Assembly: GCA_951406725.2 (NCBI GenBank)
Contig: OX597822.1
Coordinates: 62,496,001-62,560,000 of the forward strand
DNA length: 64,000 bases
Origin: Octopus vulgaris
Lineage: Eukaryota
Direction of reading: 5' to 3'
The notes beneath the pieces are model-generated. The model was not told the DNA's origin. It worked only from the letters and a program-made list of their open reading frames with translations, and did no database searches. Every line of letters starts with the position of its first letter. Position 1 is the first letter of the stretch. The translations under genes and the position numbers were made by a program. Below, one piece after another: positions 1-12,405 of the stretch.

Positions 1-295
1 TGTAAATGACATTTTCAAGAGCGATGGATATGTGGGTTCCTAATCATTTGTGTATATTAGTGTGTGTGTATGTACAGAAGTTTTTAGTATATCTAGAACT
101 CCATAAGTTAATGAGTTCATACTCATTAACTTACAGAAGAGAGGATGTAATTAGAGGTAGATTTGTCTGCTTATTTTAGTAGGTCGTGAAACCACGTACT
201 GATTATGTGTATATGTATGCCTATACGTATGAGTGAATATATTTCTTTATGTATGTGTGCATGTATATGTACATTTATGTATGTATGTATTTATG

Positions 296-346
<51 letters not shown>

Positions 347-400
347 ATATATGTATATATACAGCTTCCATGGGTATGAGTAAGTATCTCATTTATTTCC

Positions 401-469
401 TTACCACATTTATCACTGACGAAGGGAGGGTTCTTACGAACTAACCCTGAAATCGGTCCGATATGGTAA
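401..469 (+). ncRNA. Degenerate type I hammerhead ribozyme motif in a PLE terminal-repeat-like fragment (~361-695) between (TA)n tracts
   Basis: CTGACGA (416-422), stem II AGGG/CCCT, GAAA (449-452), TCGG-TC; stem I TATC/GATA extended by TTACCA/TGGTAA. Confidence 0.6.
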
Positions 470-696
470 TAATGGAATATTTTAGAGATTTCTGTCGACC
501 TTTTTTTGAGTAGCGTGCGAACTGTGGAAAATTACATGGTTATGGACAGGGTGTCTAATTTCGGCATATTTGGCATTAGAAATTTTTTCGTTTGCCCTTC
601 TTTATAAGTTGTTTATAAATTTAACCTTTAAAGGTATTTTTTTATATGCTGCCCATTGATAAAATTTTTTTCGAAAAAGTTTTATACTACATTAAA

Positions 697-737
<41 letters not shown>

Positions 738-766
738 GTAGATATATATGTATATATATATATATA

Positions 767-1149
767 CTAGCAGTATCGCCCGGCGTTGCTCAGGTTTGTA
801 AGGGAAATAACTATAAAGCATTTTTAGAGAGTTATAGCCAAAAAATAGCAAAAAAATGGGAAAAAAATGATGGTAAATTTTTTTTTGAGAGTTAAAAAAG
901 GTGGAGTTGCGTCCCCTAGACGGTCTGTGGTTTGGGTTTCTGATTCTCGACCCCATGTCGAATTTATCGATTTTTTTCAGAACGGGGAACTTTTCAAAAT
1001 TTTCGCTGCGTTAGTTTTGAATTATGACATTGGGCTAAGTGTGTGTCAAGTTTCATCAGAATCGGTTGAAAGCCGTGGTCAGAGTGAGGGTACGAGAAAA
1101 CAGACACACAGAAAACGCACAGACAAACTGCCGTTTATATAGAGAGAGA
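767..1149 (-). mobile_element. Non-autonomous Helitron-type element
   Basis: On the minus strand it starts A|TC (atctctctctatataaacggcag) and ends with a GC-rich hairpin-like cctgagcaacgccggg followed by ...CTAG|T; has an ACAG/ACAC-rich subterminal tract. Confidence 0.65.
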
Positions 1150-1151
1150 TG

Positions 1152-1318
1152 AACACTACTATAAAAATATTCCTTTAAAAAAACTTTTCTTCTAATTTTT
1201 CTAAATTTAATTATTTAATCGTTACAGTTGAAAAGGGTTCAAAATGACCGAAACCGGTACTGAAATGTTCACTATAAAATTATTTTAGCATTTTCTATTT
1301 TTGACTTGTTATTTCATA
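1152..1318 (+). repeat. 5' pseudo-LTR of the PLE
   Basis: Near-identical to 5488-5652 (tactata.aaatattcctttaaaaaaacttttcttctaat...ttttgacttgtt). Confidence 0.9.
1225..1262 (+). ncRNA. Minimal type I hammerhead motif, U3-A8 core variant
   Basis: CAG-TTGAAAA-GGGTTCAAAATGACC-GAAA-CCGG-TA-CTG: stem I CAG/CTG, palindromic stem III CCGG, GUA cleavage triplet. Confidence 0.75.
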
Positions 1319-1382
1319 TATATCAACTCGTGTGTTCCTTTTCACCCTTATACATATCATTAACCCACACGAGATACAGAAA

Positions 1383-2607
1383 ATGCCGACAAAAACAGAC
1401 ACAATCACCTCCATAAATGAAGAAATACTGAAAGAACTCAAGAAAATCAACACAAATTTGTCAACATTTTTGAACAAATTCGACTAGACACATCAACCCA
1501 ATCGAGAGAACAATGAGGAAACAGATACGAAAAATACAACCTCCGAAATTGTCGAAAACCTTGGAAACTTATGCGAAACAATTAGAACATTTTTCTCTAA
1601 CAACGCTAACCAATGACCTCCAAACGCGTCAATATATGGGATCAATACTCTAACAATATACCAAATGAAACACCACAATGGAACAAATCACTCAGAGATA
1701 GAAAGTTCGCCTTTTGGAAGATGATCCAAAGCAACAACAAAGCGGATATATACGAAAAATGGCTCAACCGGACCCCGTTAATCCTCCCACGTAAATTCCA
1801 GTTCAAAGCCATTACAGAAGAACCTGAAACACAAAGACACCTCAGGGAGAAAATGGCACTGGAAAAAATGAAAATGGAAATAGAACTTCTGAAATTGAGG
1901 GCCCAAACGAATGAGGATAAAATAAAATCCACCGATGAAGATATCAACGAAGAAATTCGCAAAATGACCCAAGGCCCAGATCAAGAGAAGTTCTCCAAAC
2001 TATGGAAAGAGGACTGTGAAAAAGAAGAACTAAAATCTCTCTAACGCTGGGAGAAAAGCGCCACTTGGTTCTCAGACTATGAAGCCGTCTTTCAAACAGA
2101 GCACGCCTCCAACAACCCTTTCCAGAAAATAAGAAAACCAAAACAACACCCAAACACCGATACACACCTGTCTAAAAATCGGAACCTTCACTACTATCAA
2201 AAAAAGAATACAGGACCTAACCCTAACTCTGTAAGCAGCCAGCGATACAATATCAGGAATACCCCACTTCAAGCAGAGAAAGGATAAATCAACACCCACA
2301 GCATAGACACTGCAACCTTATCCCCACCCAAAGGAGTTACCAACGAAATCTTCGTCCCATCAACCGGTTAAACAACCATGCACAACAAACCCACACCACT
2401 TGCAATGGTTACCAACGAAGGCCTCCTAGAACACCACACCCGAATATGGGATATCGGGATGCTCTCCTCAATACTGCTCCAAGAACACACACCATAAATC
2501 ACAACAGGAGACCCCACATCAACAAAGAACAACTATATACTAGCTACCGTCCCAACCACCGCATTCATTTTTTAGACCCAATACGCAAACACAGAGACAC
2601 AAGATAG
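1383..2607 (+). pseudogene. Degraded upstream ORF1 of the PLE (~400 codons; helical/coiled-coil centre, basic Pro/Arg/His-rich C-terminus)
   Basis: Reading frame traceable from ATG 1383 (MPTKTDTITSINEEILKELKKI) through ORF 1613-2044 and on to TAG at 2605-2607, with two premature stops and two frame changes. Confidence 0.6.
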
Positions 2608-4898
2608 CACCAAACAAGCAGGAGGAACCAAAAGTAATAAAAATTATCAATCTAACTCACAAGGAACTAACAGCAAACCAAATAAACATACTTTCCAAAG
2701 GACTCAAGTTTACACCCACCCCACAACACCCCAACTACAATGAAATGAAAGAAGACATCGCAGAATTCTGCAGAAAATTAAGACTTACTGAGGAGCTATA
2801 CGATAAATACAACGAGGACGAATCGTTAGCCAGAAATAGTAGTAACTACACCCCCTCGAAAGGTAAGAACAAAACACTTGATGATTTCTGTGACCACATA
2901 TCAAATTACCCATATCAACATATGCACAAACAAAAACACAAACCAAACTTCAGCAAAAAAGAATGGGCTGAGTTGAACAAATTTAAACTAGATAAAACAA
3001 TAACAATCAAAGAGGCCGATAAAGGGAGTGCTGTTGTCTTAATGGATACGACATTTTACATAACTTTGGTACTTTCTATGCTGGAAGACACAACATACTA
3101 TGAAAAGGCACAAAACTACAGTCAACAAAAAATAATGAGGGAACTAAAATCCATATTAAACCCATACAAAGCAGGGCTCACCGACAAAGAATATGATTAT
3201 ATGACCAATTTCACAAGCAAAACCAGCCAATTCTACGGTATACCTAAGATCCACAAAAGTGAGAAAATAAGCAACGCATGCAAGATAGCTACAGACAAAA
3301 TAATTAAAGTCCCTAATCCTAATGACCTCAAATTGAGACCCATAATAGCAGGTCCCGCATGCGAAACCCACCGCCTCAGTAACTTTTTAGACACCCTGTT
3401 AAAACCACTCCTAAAACATGTCAAAAGCTATATAAGGGACGACTTAGATATGCTCAATCACCTACCGAATACTATAAACAAAAACACCATACTGGTATCC
3501 TTCGATGTAGTCAACCTCTACTCCAATATCCCCCACAACCTAGGACTAGAGGCAATCCAATTCTGGCTAGAAAATCACGCCAACGAACTACCACATCGCA
3601 TCAAAAAAGAATTCGTGATAGAAGGGGTTAAATTCATCCTGGAAAATAACTTCTTCGACTTCAATGACAACTTCTACCGACAAAAATCGGGGACTGCGAT
3701 GGGTACACGAATGGCGCCCTCCTTTGCCAACCTAGTCATAGGATATCTAGAGATCAGTCTGTATCGTAAGGTTCTAGAAAGATATGGCAGCCCTTTCTCC
3801 ATCTACATAGAAAACAACTGGAAGAGATATCTAGATGACTGTTTCATCCTTTGGCATAAAAATATAGAAAAACTCATAGAATTCCAGGAAATTTTAAACG
3901 GACTGGACGTAAACATCCAATTCACGATGGAATATAGCCAGCAACAACTCCCCTTCCTCGATATCCTCATTAAGAAAGCTAATAATATAATAGAAACAGA
4001 CATATATTATAAGCCTACAGACTCTAAGCAATATATTCCATTCAATTCATGCCACCCCAGACACACCAGGATGAATATCCCCTTGAACCTAGCAAAAAGG
4101 ATATGCACTATAGTCTCGAACGCAAACACCAGAGACACACGACTACAAGAACTAAAAGATACCCTTATCACCAGGAACTATCCACCTTCACTTATTGACA
4201 AGTGCATTCAACGTGCCCTTCAACTTAACATAAAGGAACTGAGACATCCCAAATCAAAGAAAAACTTACAACCAAAAGCCTTACCATACATCTCCACACA
4301 CAACCCTCTCAATAACGAAGCCTTCGGCACCATACTCCACAACATACCCCTCCTAAAAAAAGACCACAGAATGAACACAATCCTCCAAACACACACGATC
4401 ATAAAAAGCAAGAGACAGCCTAAATCCATGAAAAGTCTCCTAACACAAGCCCGAATTCACTCTTCAACACAGAAGCCGACAGTAAAAAAATGTGGAAGAC
4501 CCAATTGCGGGATATGCGACTATCTAATTGAGGGATCAGAGTTCTCCTTCAAACAGGGACAACGGTTTACAGTGAAAAGCAACTTCACATGTGCTTCGGA
4601 GAACCTAATATACTCACTAACCTGCTCCGGGTGTCAAGAGCAGTACATAGGCCAAACAAAAAATAGTTTGCGTAAACGAATGGCCCTGCACAGATCCCAG
4701 ATAAAAATTCCCCAAAACAGAAAAATAGCTTTTAGCCAACACATAGATACTTGCGCCAACAAAAAAACACCAAGCTTCAGGATTTTCCCCCTCTACCAAT
4801 TTAGGGACGATACAACCTCGAGACAACGAATAAGTAAAGAAACTCTCTTTATTGCAAAATACAGGCCACTTCTTAACGGGTCTACGACAAACAATTAA
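2568..4898 (+). CDS. PLE reverse transcriptase + GIY-YIG endonuclease (frame open from 2544; first ATG at 2745)
   Basis: N-terminal IINLT..L...Q..ILSKGLKFTPTP, IKEADKGSAVV, LRPII, SFDVVNLYSNIP, GTAMGTRMAPSFANL, RYLDD, LPFLD; linker CGRPNCGIC; NLIY...YIGQT..LRKR...H and RISKE...LN. Confidence 0.95.
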   Translation, partial: FFRPNTQTQRHKIAPNKQEEPKVIKIINLTHKELTANQINILSKGLKFTPTPQHPNYNEMKEDIAEFCRKLRLTEELYDKYNEDESLARNSSNYTPSKGKNKTLDDFCDHISNYPYQHMHKQKHKPNFSKKEWAELNKFKLDKTITIKEADKGSAVVLMDTTFYITLVLSMLEDTTYYEKAQNYSQQKIMRELKSILNPYKAGLTDKEYDYMTNFTSKTSQFYGIPKIHKSEKISNACKIATDKIIKVPNPNDLKLRPIIAGPACETHRLSNFLDTLLKPLLKHVKSYIRDDLDMLNHLPNTINKNTILVSFDVVNLYSNIPHNLGLEAIQFWLENHANELPHRIKKEFVIEGVKFILENNFFDFNDNFYRQKSGTAMGTRMAPSFANLVIGYLEISLYRKVLERYGSPFSIYIENNWKRYLDDCFILWHKNIEKLIEFQEILNGLDVNIQFTMEYSQQQLPFLDILIKKANNIIETDIYYKPTDSKQYIPFNSCHPRHTRMNIPLNLAKRICTIVSNANTRDTRLQELKDTLITRNYPPSLIDKCIQRALQLNIKELRHPKSKKNLQPKALPYISTHNPLNNEAFGTILHNIPLLKKDHRMNTILQTHTIIKSKRQPKSMKSLLTQARIHSSTQKPTVKKCGRPNCGICDYLIEGSEFSFKQGQRFTVKSNFTCASENLIYSLTCSGCQEQYIGQTKNSLRKRMALHRSQIKIPQNRKIAFSQHIDTCANKKTPSFRIFPLYQFRDDTTSRQRISKETLFIAKYRPLLNGSTTNN

Positions 4899-5487
4899 TA
4901 TACCTCAACTTTAGAATAAAAGAAATATTCACACACAAATATTACATTCCAAAGAATCCATTACTAATCACAGCTAAAATCACAGCTATAATCCACAACA
5001 TGCCAACTTCAAGTCATACAACACCTCACTACTTTAACCCATTCATATTCTCCCTTCTCTGTTTTTTTCTTCTTCTTCCTCTTCTTCTTCTTCATCATCA
5101 TCATTATCATCATCATCGTCGTCATAACCATCACCATCATCGTCATCTTCTCCTACTCCTTCTTCTTCTTCTTCTTCTTCTTCTTCTTCTTCTTCTTCTA
5201 CTTCTCCACCTTCTACCCCTTAACTTTGTCACTAAGGTTTTTTAGTATAACACCTACGCAAATTCTATAAACAAGCCTTTCAATAGAAATATTCTCCTGA
5301 ATTGAACTGCGACTGCCAGCCGCCACTGACCATTCAAAATACGACCATCAGGGCACTCCCAGATTCTCCCACCCCCTTTCCTCATCAGCCTTCTTCCTCT
5401 ACTACCCTACCAAGAACTCACAACGACCTGCAACACAGAAGTGCAAACAAGGGAGTAAGAGAAAGGCAGAATGCTACTTATATCTGA

Positions 5488-5652
5488 ACATACTATAGAA
5501 ATATTCCTTTAAAAAAACTTTTCTTCTAATTTTTCTAAATTTAATTATTTAATCGTTACAGTTGAAAAGGTCTCAAAATGACCGTAACCGGTACTGAAAT
5601 GTTCACTATAAAATTATTTTAGCATTTTCTATTTTTGACTTGTTTTTTCATA
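5488..5652 (+). repeat. 3' pseudo-LTR of the PLE with hammerhead motif (GAAA changed to GTAA)
   Basis: CAG-TTGAAAA-GGTC-TCAAAAT-GACC-GTAA-CCGG-TA-CTG at ~5559-5596. Confidence 0.9.
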
Positions 5653-5665
5653 TATATATATATAT

Positions 5666-6668
5666 ATGCAGATGACACAGCTTGCAGATGACACAAAGGT
5701 CTCCCACGCAATACAGAACCCTGAAAATATTGCGCATCTGCAACATGAGCTGGACACAATATACAGGTGGGCTGAGGACAACAACATGCAGTTTAATGCA
5801 GGTAAGTTCCAGGCCCTGCGCTACTGGCACACAAAGGTAAATGACGTGAAGACTGGATACACTGGCCCAGGAAGAATTGCAATCCCTGAGTCAAAATCAG
5901 TGCGTGACCTGGGCATTGACATGAGCAATGATGCATCTTTCCAAATGCATATTGCTAATCTGGTGATAAAATGCAGACGGCTAGCTGGATGGATTCTCCG
6001 AACTTTCAGAACAAGAGAGAAGGAGACACTGATGGTCCTATGGAAAACATTTGTCCTCAGCCGCTTGGACTACTGCTCCCAACTTTGGTCACCACACAAT
6101 ATAAAACAAACAGCAGAACTCGAAGCAACTCAGAGAAGCTACACAAAGAAAATCGTCTCAATGCAAAATGTCAGCTACTGGGAAAGACTGAAGGTATTAA
6201 ACCTCTTCTCCCTGGAGCGGAGGCGGGAGAGATATGCAGTAATATACATCTGGAAAATCCTGGAGGGTCTTGTCCCAAACTTTGGCATTCAAAGTTACTC
6301 CAACCGCAGAACGGGGCGCCGCTGCGTGGTGCCAAGGATTCCAACATCACCATCAAAATACAGGTCCAGATACTGCAACAGCTTGGGTTTCAGAGGACCA
6401 CAGCTTTTCAACATCCTCCCTAAATGCCTGAGAGACTTACATGGTGTGGATGTGGGTTTCTTTAAAACTAAACTGGATCTCTTCTTGTTGGGAGTCCCAG
6501 ATGAACCTACCTCACGACAGGAGACACGGATGCGGGCAGCAGCATCGAACTCCCTTGTTGATCAAGTGCCACGTATCAGAGGTGGATTCACAAACTAGTG
6601 TGGCTCATTCAGCGGTGGTGCCCCAGCATGGCCGCGGCCTTCGGGCTAAAACATTTTTAAGGATTTAA

Positions 6669-6670
<2 letters not shown>
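5666..6670 (+). mobile_element. 5'-truncated CR1/L2-superfamily LINE (RT C-terminal part, ORF 5666-6598)
   Basis: LADDTK, W...NNMQFNAGK, RDLGI, SRLDYCSQLWSP, YWERLK.LNLFSLERRRERY; 3' UTR ends in a short repeated tail (tttaagga)2; inserted in (TA)n. Confidence 0.85.
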
Positions 6671-7610
<940 letters not shown>

Positions 7611-7613
7611 TGT

Positions 7614-7890
7614 GGAGGCGCGTGGCTTAATGGTTAGGGTGTCAGCATCATAATCGTAAGATTGTGATTTCGATTCCTGGACCTGGCGACGCGTTGTGTT
7701 CTTGAGCAAAACACTTAATTTCACGTTGCTCCAGTCCACTCAGCTGGCAAGAATGAGTAACGCTGCGAACATATACGCCATTGAAACATATATGCCATTG
7801 AAACATATACGCCATTGGGGACATATACGCCATTGAAACCGGGAAACCGGGCCCATGAGCCCGGCTAAGTTTTAAAAGGGCGCATTTATT
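7614..7890 (+). mobile_element. tRNA-derived SINE (head type 1, CORE-like segment, gaaaccggg tail) with an internal ~18-bp repeat x4
   Basis: Box A TGGCTTAATGG, box B-like TTTCGATTCC, ttgtgttcttgagcaaaacac; acatatacgccattg repeated at ~7768-7837. Confidence 0.85.
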
Positions 7891-9159
7891 TTATTTATGT
7901 ATGTATGTATCTGTATATGTTCATGTATTTATATGTGTATGTATGTGTGTAAAAAATACATATATAAACATGTGTATATATGTATATGTACATATGCTTG
8001 TGTATTTGTATGTACGTGTGTATATGTATATATATGTATATGAATATGTACATATATTTGTGCATTTACTTTGTGGATATGTTTATTACATAATGGATAA
8101 ATAAGGTAATGAATGTATCAATAAATATACCTAAATATTTGATAGGGTAACATTACTTAACGAAATTTCATTGGCCAAATTATCTATTTAATTATTTATT
8201 TATTATGATGATGATGATGTATAAGTCCCTTATTCTAACTGAATTTTATCCTTTGAGGAAAATACGTTTTTTATTTTATATATTTATACTGAATCCTTCG
8301 TAAGATTTTTGCATTGAGACTTATGGTCTGTTACTTTAAATTCTAAACTAAGGTGGGCATTTGGAAAAAAAATTTAGTGGATTAACTTATAATATTTCGA
8401 TTGAGTTCCATTGAGAATATTTGTATTTACTGTAAAATATATCATTATATTCGTAGTTAAATATTAATTATAGATTATAAATAAGCTATCTTCATTATAC
8501 TAAATGATTATACTTTATAAATGCATTCATTTAATTTATTAATTATTGATAATAATAATGATAATAATAACAATAATAAATGAATAATCTTATATAATAC
8601 CATATTGTGATCAAAAACATTTATTTCTAAGTACGTATTTTTTAAATAGCTAATTTATTTATAAACGTATAAACTTTGACTTACAAAAATATTTTTGTTT
8701 CACCTCTGATAAGCTAAGTAACTTAGTATTCATTCTAGAAAATTTCTGTGTAAGTATGAACAAGTAGATTACAACAATTATTATATTCAATTATATATTT
8801 TTTGAATAATTGTAAATATGTGTATTAATTGTGATACAAACTAAGCTTAATAATTTTAGTAATTTTTTACATTGTGTACTTTATTGCTTGTATTCTTATT
8901 GCAACACTAATTTCATTACTTCTGAAAGACTTAGTAAAAGTTTGAAATATATTATTTATTTTCTATGATTTCGGATCATGATTTCGGATTACCTTTTGAT
9001 GAACAGATTTTAAAAATAATTTTTTGTAACTAAACACTTCCGAACTTTGGACACTGGTAGAATGTGTCATATAAATCATCTTTTACTCTTAGCATTTTTG
9101 AGAAATGCTTATATTTAGGAAGATATTTCACGTTTAAGTTCTCATATTTCAATAATTTC

Positions 9160-11330
9160 AACCAATCAATGACATGTTTGAAGCTAGAAAAGAACGAGGA
9201 GGACTACATCACATATGCTGGTGGAGTTAACAGAGAATGTGAAAAGTTCAAACTGGACGAAGTAACGCTAGAAATGTTCAAGTGCCTGATATTTACTCAG
9301 GAATTAACTGCTGAAAAAGACATAGAAGTAAGAACAAGAACAATCGCTAATCTGGAACAAAACCAAACTGTGACCTTACAACAAGTGTCAGAAGCGTGTG
9401 AGAGAATAGTAAATTTAAGACACAACCAAGTGAAACAAGTGCGAAACAGGCAACATAGAAGTTATGTGTGTACTATAATACAGTACAAACAAGACTGAAA
9501 AAAGAGAACCTGTCTTGTATGTGGAGGTCTACACCTGAAAAAAATTTGCCCATTTAAGAAAGTGAAATGTTTCCGGTGTGGAAAAATTGGACACGTAAAA
9601 GCTCACTGTAAAACCAAGATGACAAAACGTTGAAAAAAACAGAGTAATCAAAGTGTCGTCGAAAGAAAATGGTAATGTGACAAAGTGAAAATTTGTAAAT
9701 GGGAAAATTGAAAATATAAGAGTAAAATTGCAGTTAGATACTAGAAATGATATTACCATTGTGAATGAAGAAACTTGGAAGTATATCGGTAAGCCAAAAT
9801 TAAGTAAATCTACAAAAGTAGTACACAGTGTTACGGGTAAAAGATAGTATTTTGTAGGTGAATTTGCGTGTAATGTGGCATTTCGTGACCAAATGAAAAC
9901 GGCAAAAGTATATGAGTTAAAAAATTCAGTTAATTTTTTCGGCACAAAGTGGATGGAACTGTTCAAATTGTGGAAACCCATAAATGTTTTGTACAGGAAT
10001 ATAATCGGTTCAGTCGAAGGTTCGAATACCGCTTAGAGATTGAAACAAAAAAATAAAACATTTATTTCCAGATGTTTTCTCGGATTAATTGCGCCGTTGC
10101 ACGAAAACGAAGGCAAAAATTGTAGTAAAAGTGCAACACCTGTATTTAAACCAAAATGTAAAGTACCGTTCGCGGCGCTAGAACAGACACGAGAAGACGG
10201 ACCACTTAGACTGGGAAGCACCTACGGTCTATGTAAAAAATTAGTGTTTTTGCCGATTTTCAACGGGGTTGAATGATTGCTTAATCACATAACCACCCAT
10301 TGCCGAGTCCTGAGGAAGCGTTCACAAAATTGAATGGAGGGAAATTCTTCTCAAAATTAGATCTCTCGGAGGTATATTTAGAAATCCAAGTAGAAGAATG
10401 CTCACACTTATTAGCTTTTAATACACATCGTGGCTTATTTTAATTTTAAGCGGCTTCCTTTCGGTGTAGAAGTGTCCCATTCCATATTTCAGCAAGTAAT
10501 GGATACAATGCTAGCAGACAGTGATTTTGCTATCGCCTATTGAGACGATGTTCTAATAAAAAACGAATCACACAAACGACATGTAGAACATATAAAAGGA
10601 GTGTTCGAAAAGATAAGAAAATACGATTTTAACTTAAGTGAAGAAAACTGCAAGTTCTTTCTGAAAAAAATTAAATACTTGGGCTAGATAATAGATAAAA
10701 ACAGATAGAAACCGGATCCATCCAGAGCAACTGTGATAAAAAAATATTCCCACGCCGAATAATGTGACTATGCTACAAGTACTGTTGGGGTTAGTAAATT
10801 TCTACCAAATTTATATTTCCAACATACACAATGTAAGGGTTCCATTCAATGACCTGTTAAAGAAAAATGCAAAATGGTGCTGGACTGGTTTGTGCCAGAA
10901 AGTATTTGACGAATCAAAAATATTTTAACATCGAACTTATCGTTAATACGATACTTATCGTTATCTATATGAGCTGTTTGCGAGATTCGGCGTCTCAGGT
11001 ACGATTGATAATGGAACGCGATTTGTGTCTTTTGAGTTTAAAAAATTTTGTAAAACGAAACCAAGAGAATGGATGAACCAATAGAATAGTTATATGATAC
11101 TTTTCAAGTACCAGCGCCACTAAAAATAACTGAAAACAGGCGCACGAGCGAAAGAAAAGGAAAATGTAAGGAGTTCCTGGAAGTGGATGCCAAACGAAAA
11201 AAACATTAAATTTGTAACTGCATGAAGAAAAAAAACTGAAGAAAATGTGCGATGGGTGATGTAAAGAATTGTTGCTAATAAAAAGAAATAAAATTACACT
11301 TCATGAGAAAAAAAAACTTAAAAGGGAAGA
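9160..11330 (+). mobile_element. Decayed Ty3/Gypsy LTR retrotransposon internal region (gag-PR-RT, partial RH/IN)
   Basis: gag CEKFKL...FKCLIF; zinc knuckle CFRCGKIGHVKAHC (~9568-9609); protease LQLDTRNDIT (~9728); RT FSKLDLS, RLPFGV, AY*DDV (~10535); many stops and frameshifts. Confidence 0.85.
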
Positions 11331-11513
11331 TGTTATGGGGATAATAATAATACTGGAACATATCTCCCACGTGACGAGTGGCATGTGTTAGTCGTTACAA
11401 ATACTGTGACGTAGGAGAAGTAGTGGTAGTCGGTCATAGATAGTCGTGTCTTGTCTAACTAACTATACTGCTATACCGGAGTGGACGTTATATCATTTCT
11501 ACGTTGTATTACA
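11331..11513 (+). repeat. Putative 3' LTR of the Gypsy element
   Basis: Polypurine tract aaaagggaaga immediately before TGTTAT...; ends ...ATTACA (imperfect TG..CA terminal inverted repeat). Confidence 0.55.
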
Positions 11514-11519
11514 ATAGAA

Positions 11520-12130
11520 TAAATGAACCTTCTCTTTCGAACATGTTCGCTAGGTTTCACCTCCAACACTGCTGTCTGATGTGGTTTCCATGCACAAGGC
11601 ATGACACAATGAGAACTGAAGCACCGCTGAGGTCGTTCACAAAAAAGTGGAATGACAAGCATTCATTATTGAGCTCGCCTCCAAAAGCTAATTCTTTCCA
11701 ATGCCGTCGTGAGCGCTACATTATTTGTACAATATTAAAAATACGCCACCAATATTTTCCAAATGATGTCGGCATTGAGTTTCCGGGTCACCCTAGGCTA
11801 GACTTCCGTGCCATATGTTCCAAAGAAAAGTCGAATTCACATGATATAAGATCATTGCGACACATCATTTTACCTTGCATTACCCTGCATTCAACGTTTT
11901 CCCGAAAGAAATTAAAGTAGAGAAAGATCCCACAACATTTAAACGGTCACTGGACAAATTCCTCCAAGAAGTACCAACCATACCCTAACACCTGGATACA
12001 TATCAGCGAACAACAAGTCTTCACTCAAGTGATTCATGGTGTCCCGAATCCTGGTCTAAAAGATGTCTCTAGGTGGTGTTATCATGTTAGTATTGACCAG
12101 GGACGATAATGACCGAAACCACTCTAAGTC
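11520..12130 (+). mobile_element. Degraded CR1-like LINE 3' fragment
   Basis: LRSFTKK...QCRRERYIICTILKI...PNDVGI, similar to the 5666 ORF; downstream FKRSLDKFLQEVP. Confidence 0.65.
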
Positions 12131-12347
12131 AGGACAGACAGACAGGTATTTTTGAAATGCTTTAACTGAGGAAGGTTAACGTAATGGATGCATTTCTTTT
12201 TATATAATACACTAGCCTGACGCATATGTATTTAATGATTTCAGACTCCACATGTGGGGATAGTCTAACAACAATTTGGAGTAGTTTGTTATATTTGATT
12301 CCAGTCGAAAATTCTGGTACGGTGCACCGCTTTTTAAGCGTAACACG

Positions 12348-12405
<58 letters not shown>

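Larger units (their letters stand above)
1152..5652 (+). mobile_element. Near full-length Penelope-like retroelement (EN+, Neptune-type)
   Basis: RT + GIY-YIG ORF flanked by ~165-bp direct repeats (~1152-1318 and ~5488-5652) that contain hammerhead motifs; 3' end runs into (TA)n. Confidence 0.93.

Noticed and set aside
5971-6423. Overlapping alternative ORFs within the LINE and PLE coding regions
   Set aside because: Shadow frames of the RT ORFs with no motifs
7614-7690. tRNA genes at SINE heads (also 30515, 38404, 56261, 61120)
   Set aside because: A/B boxes are present but continue into SINE bodies; no clean cloverleaf plus terminator
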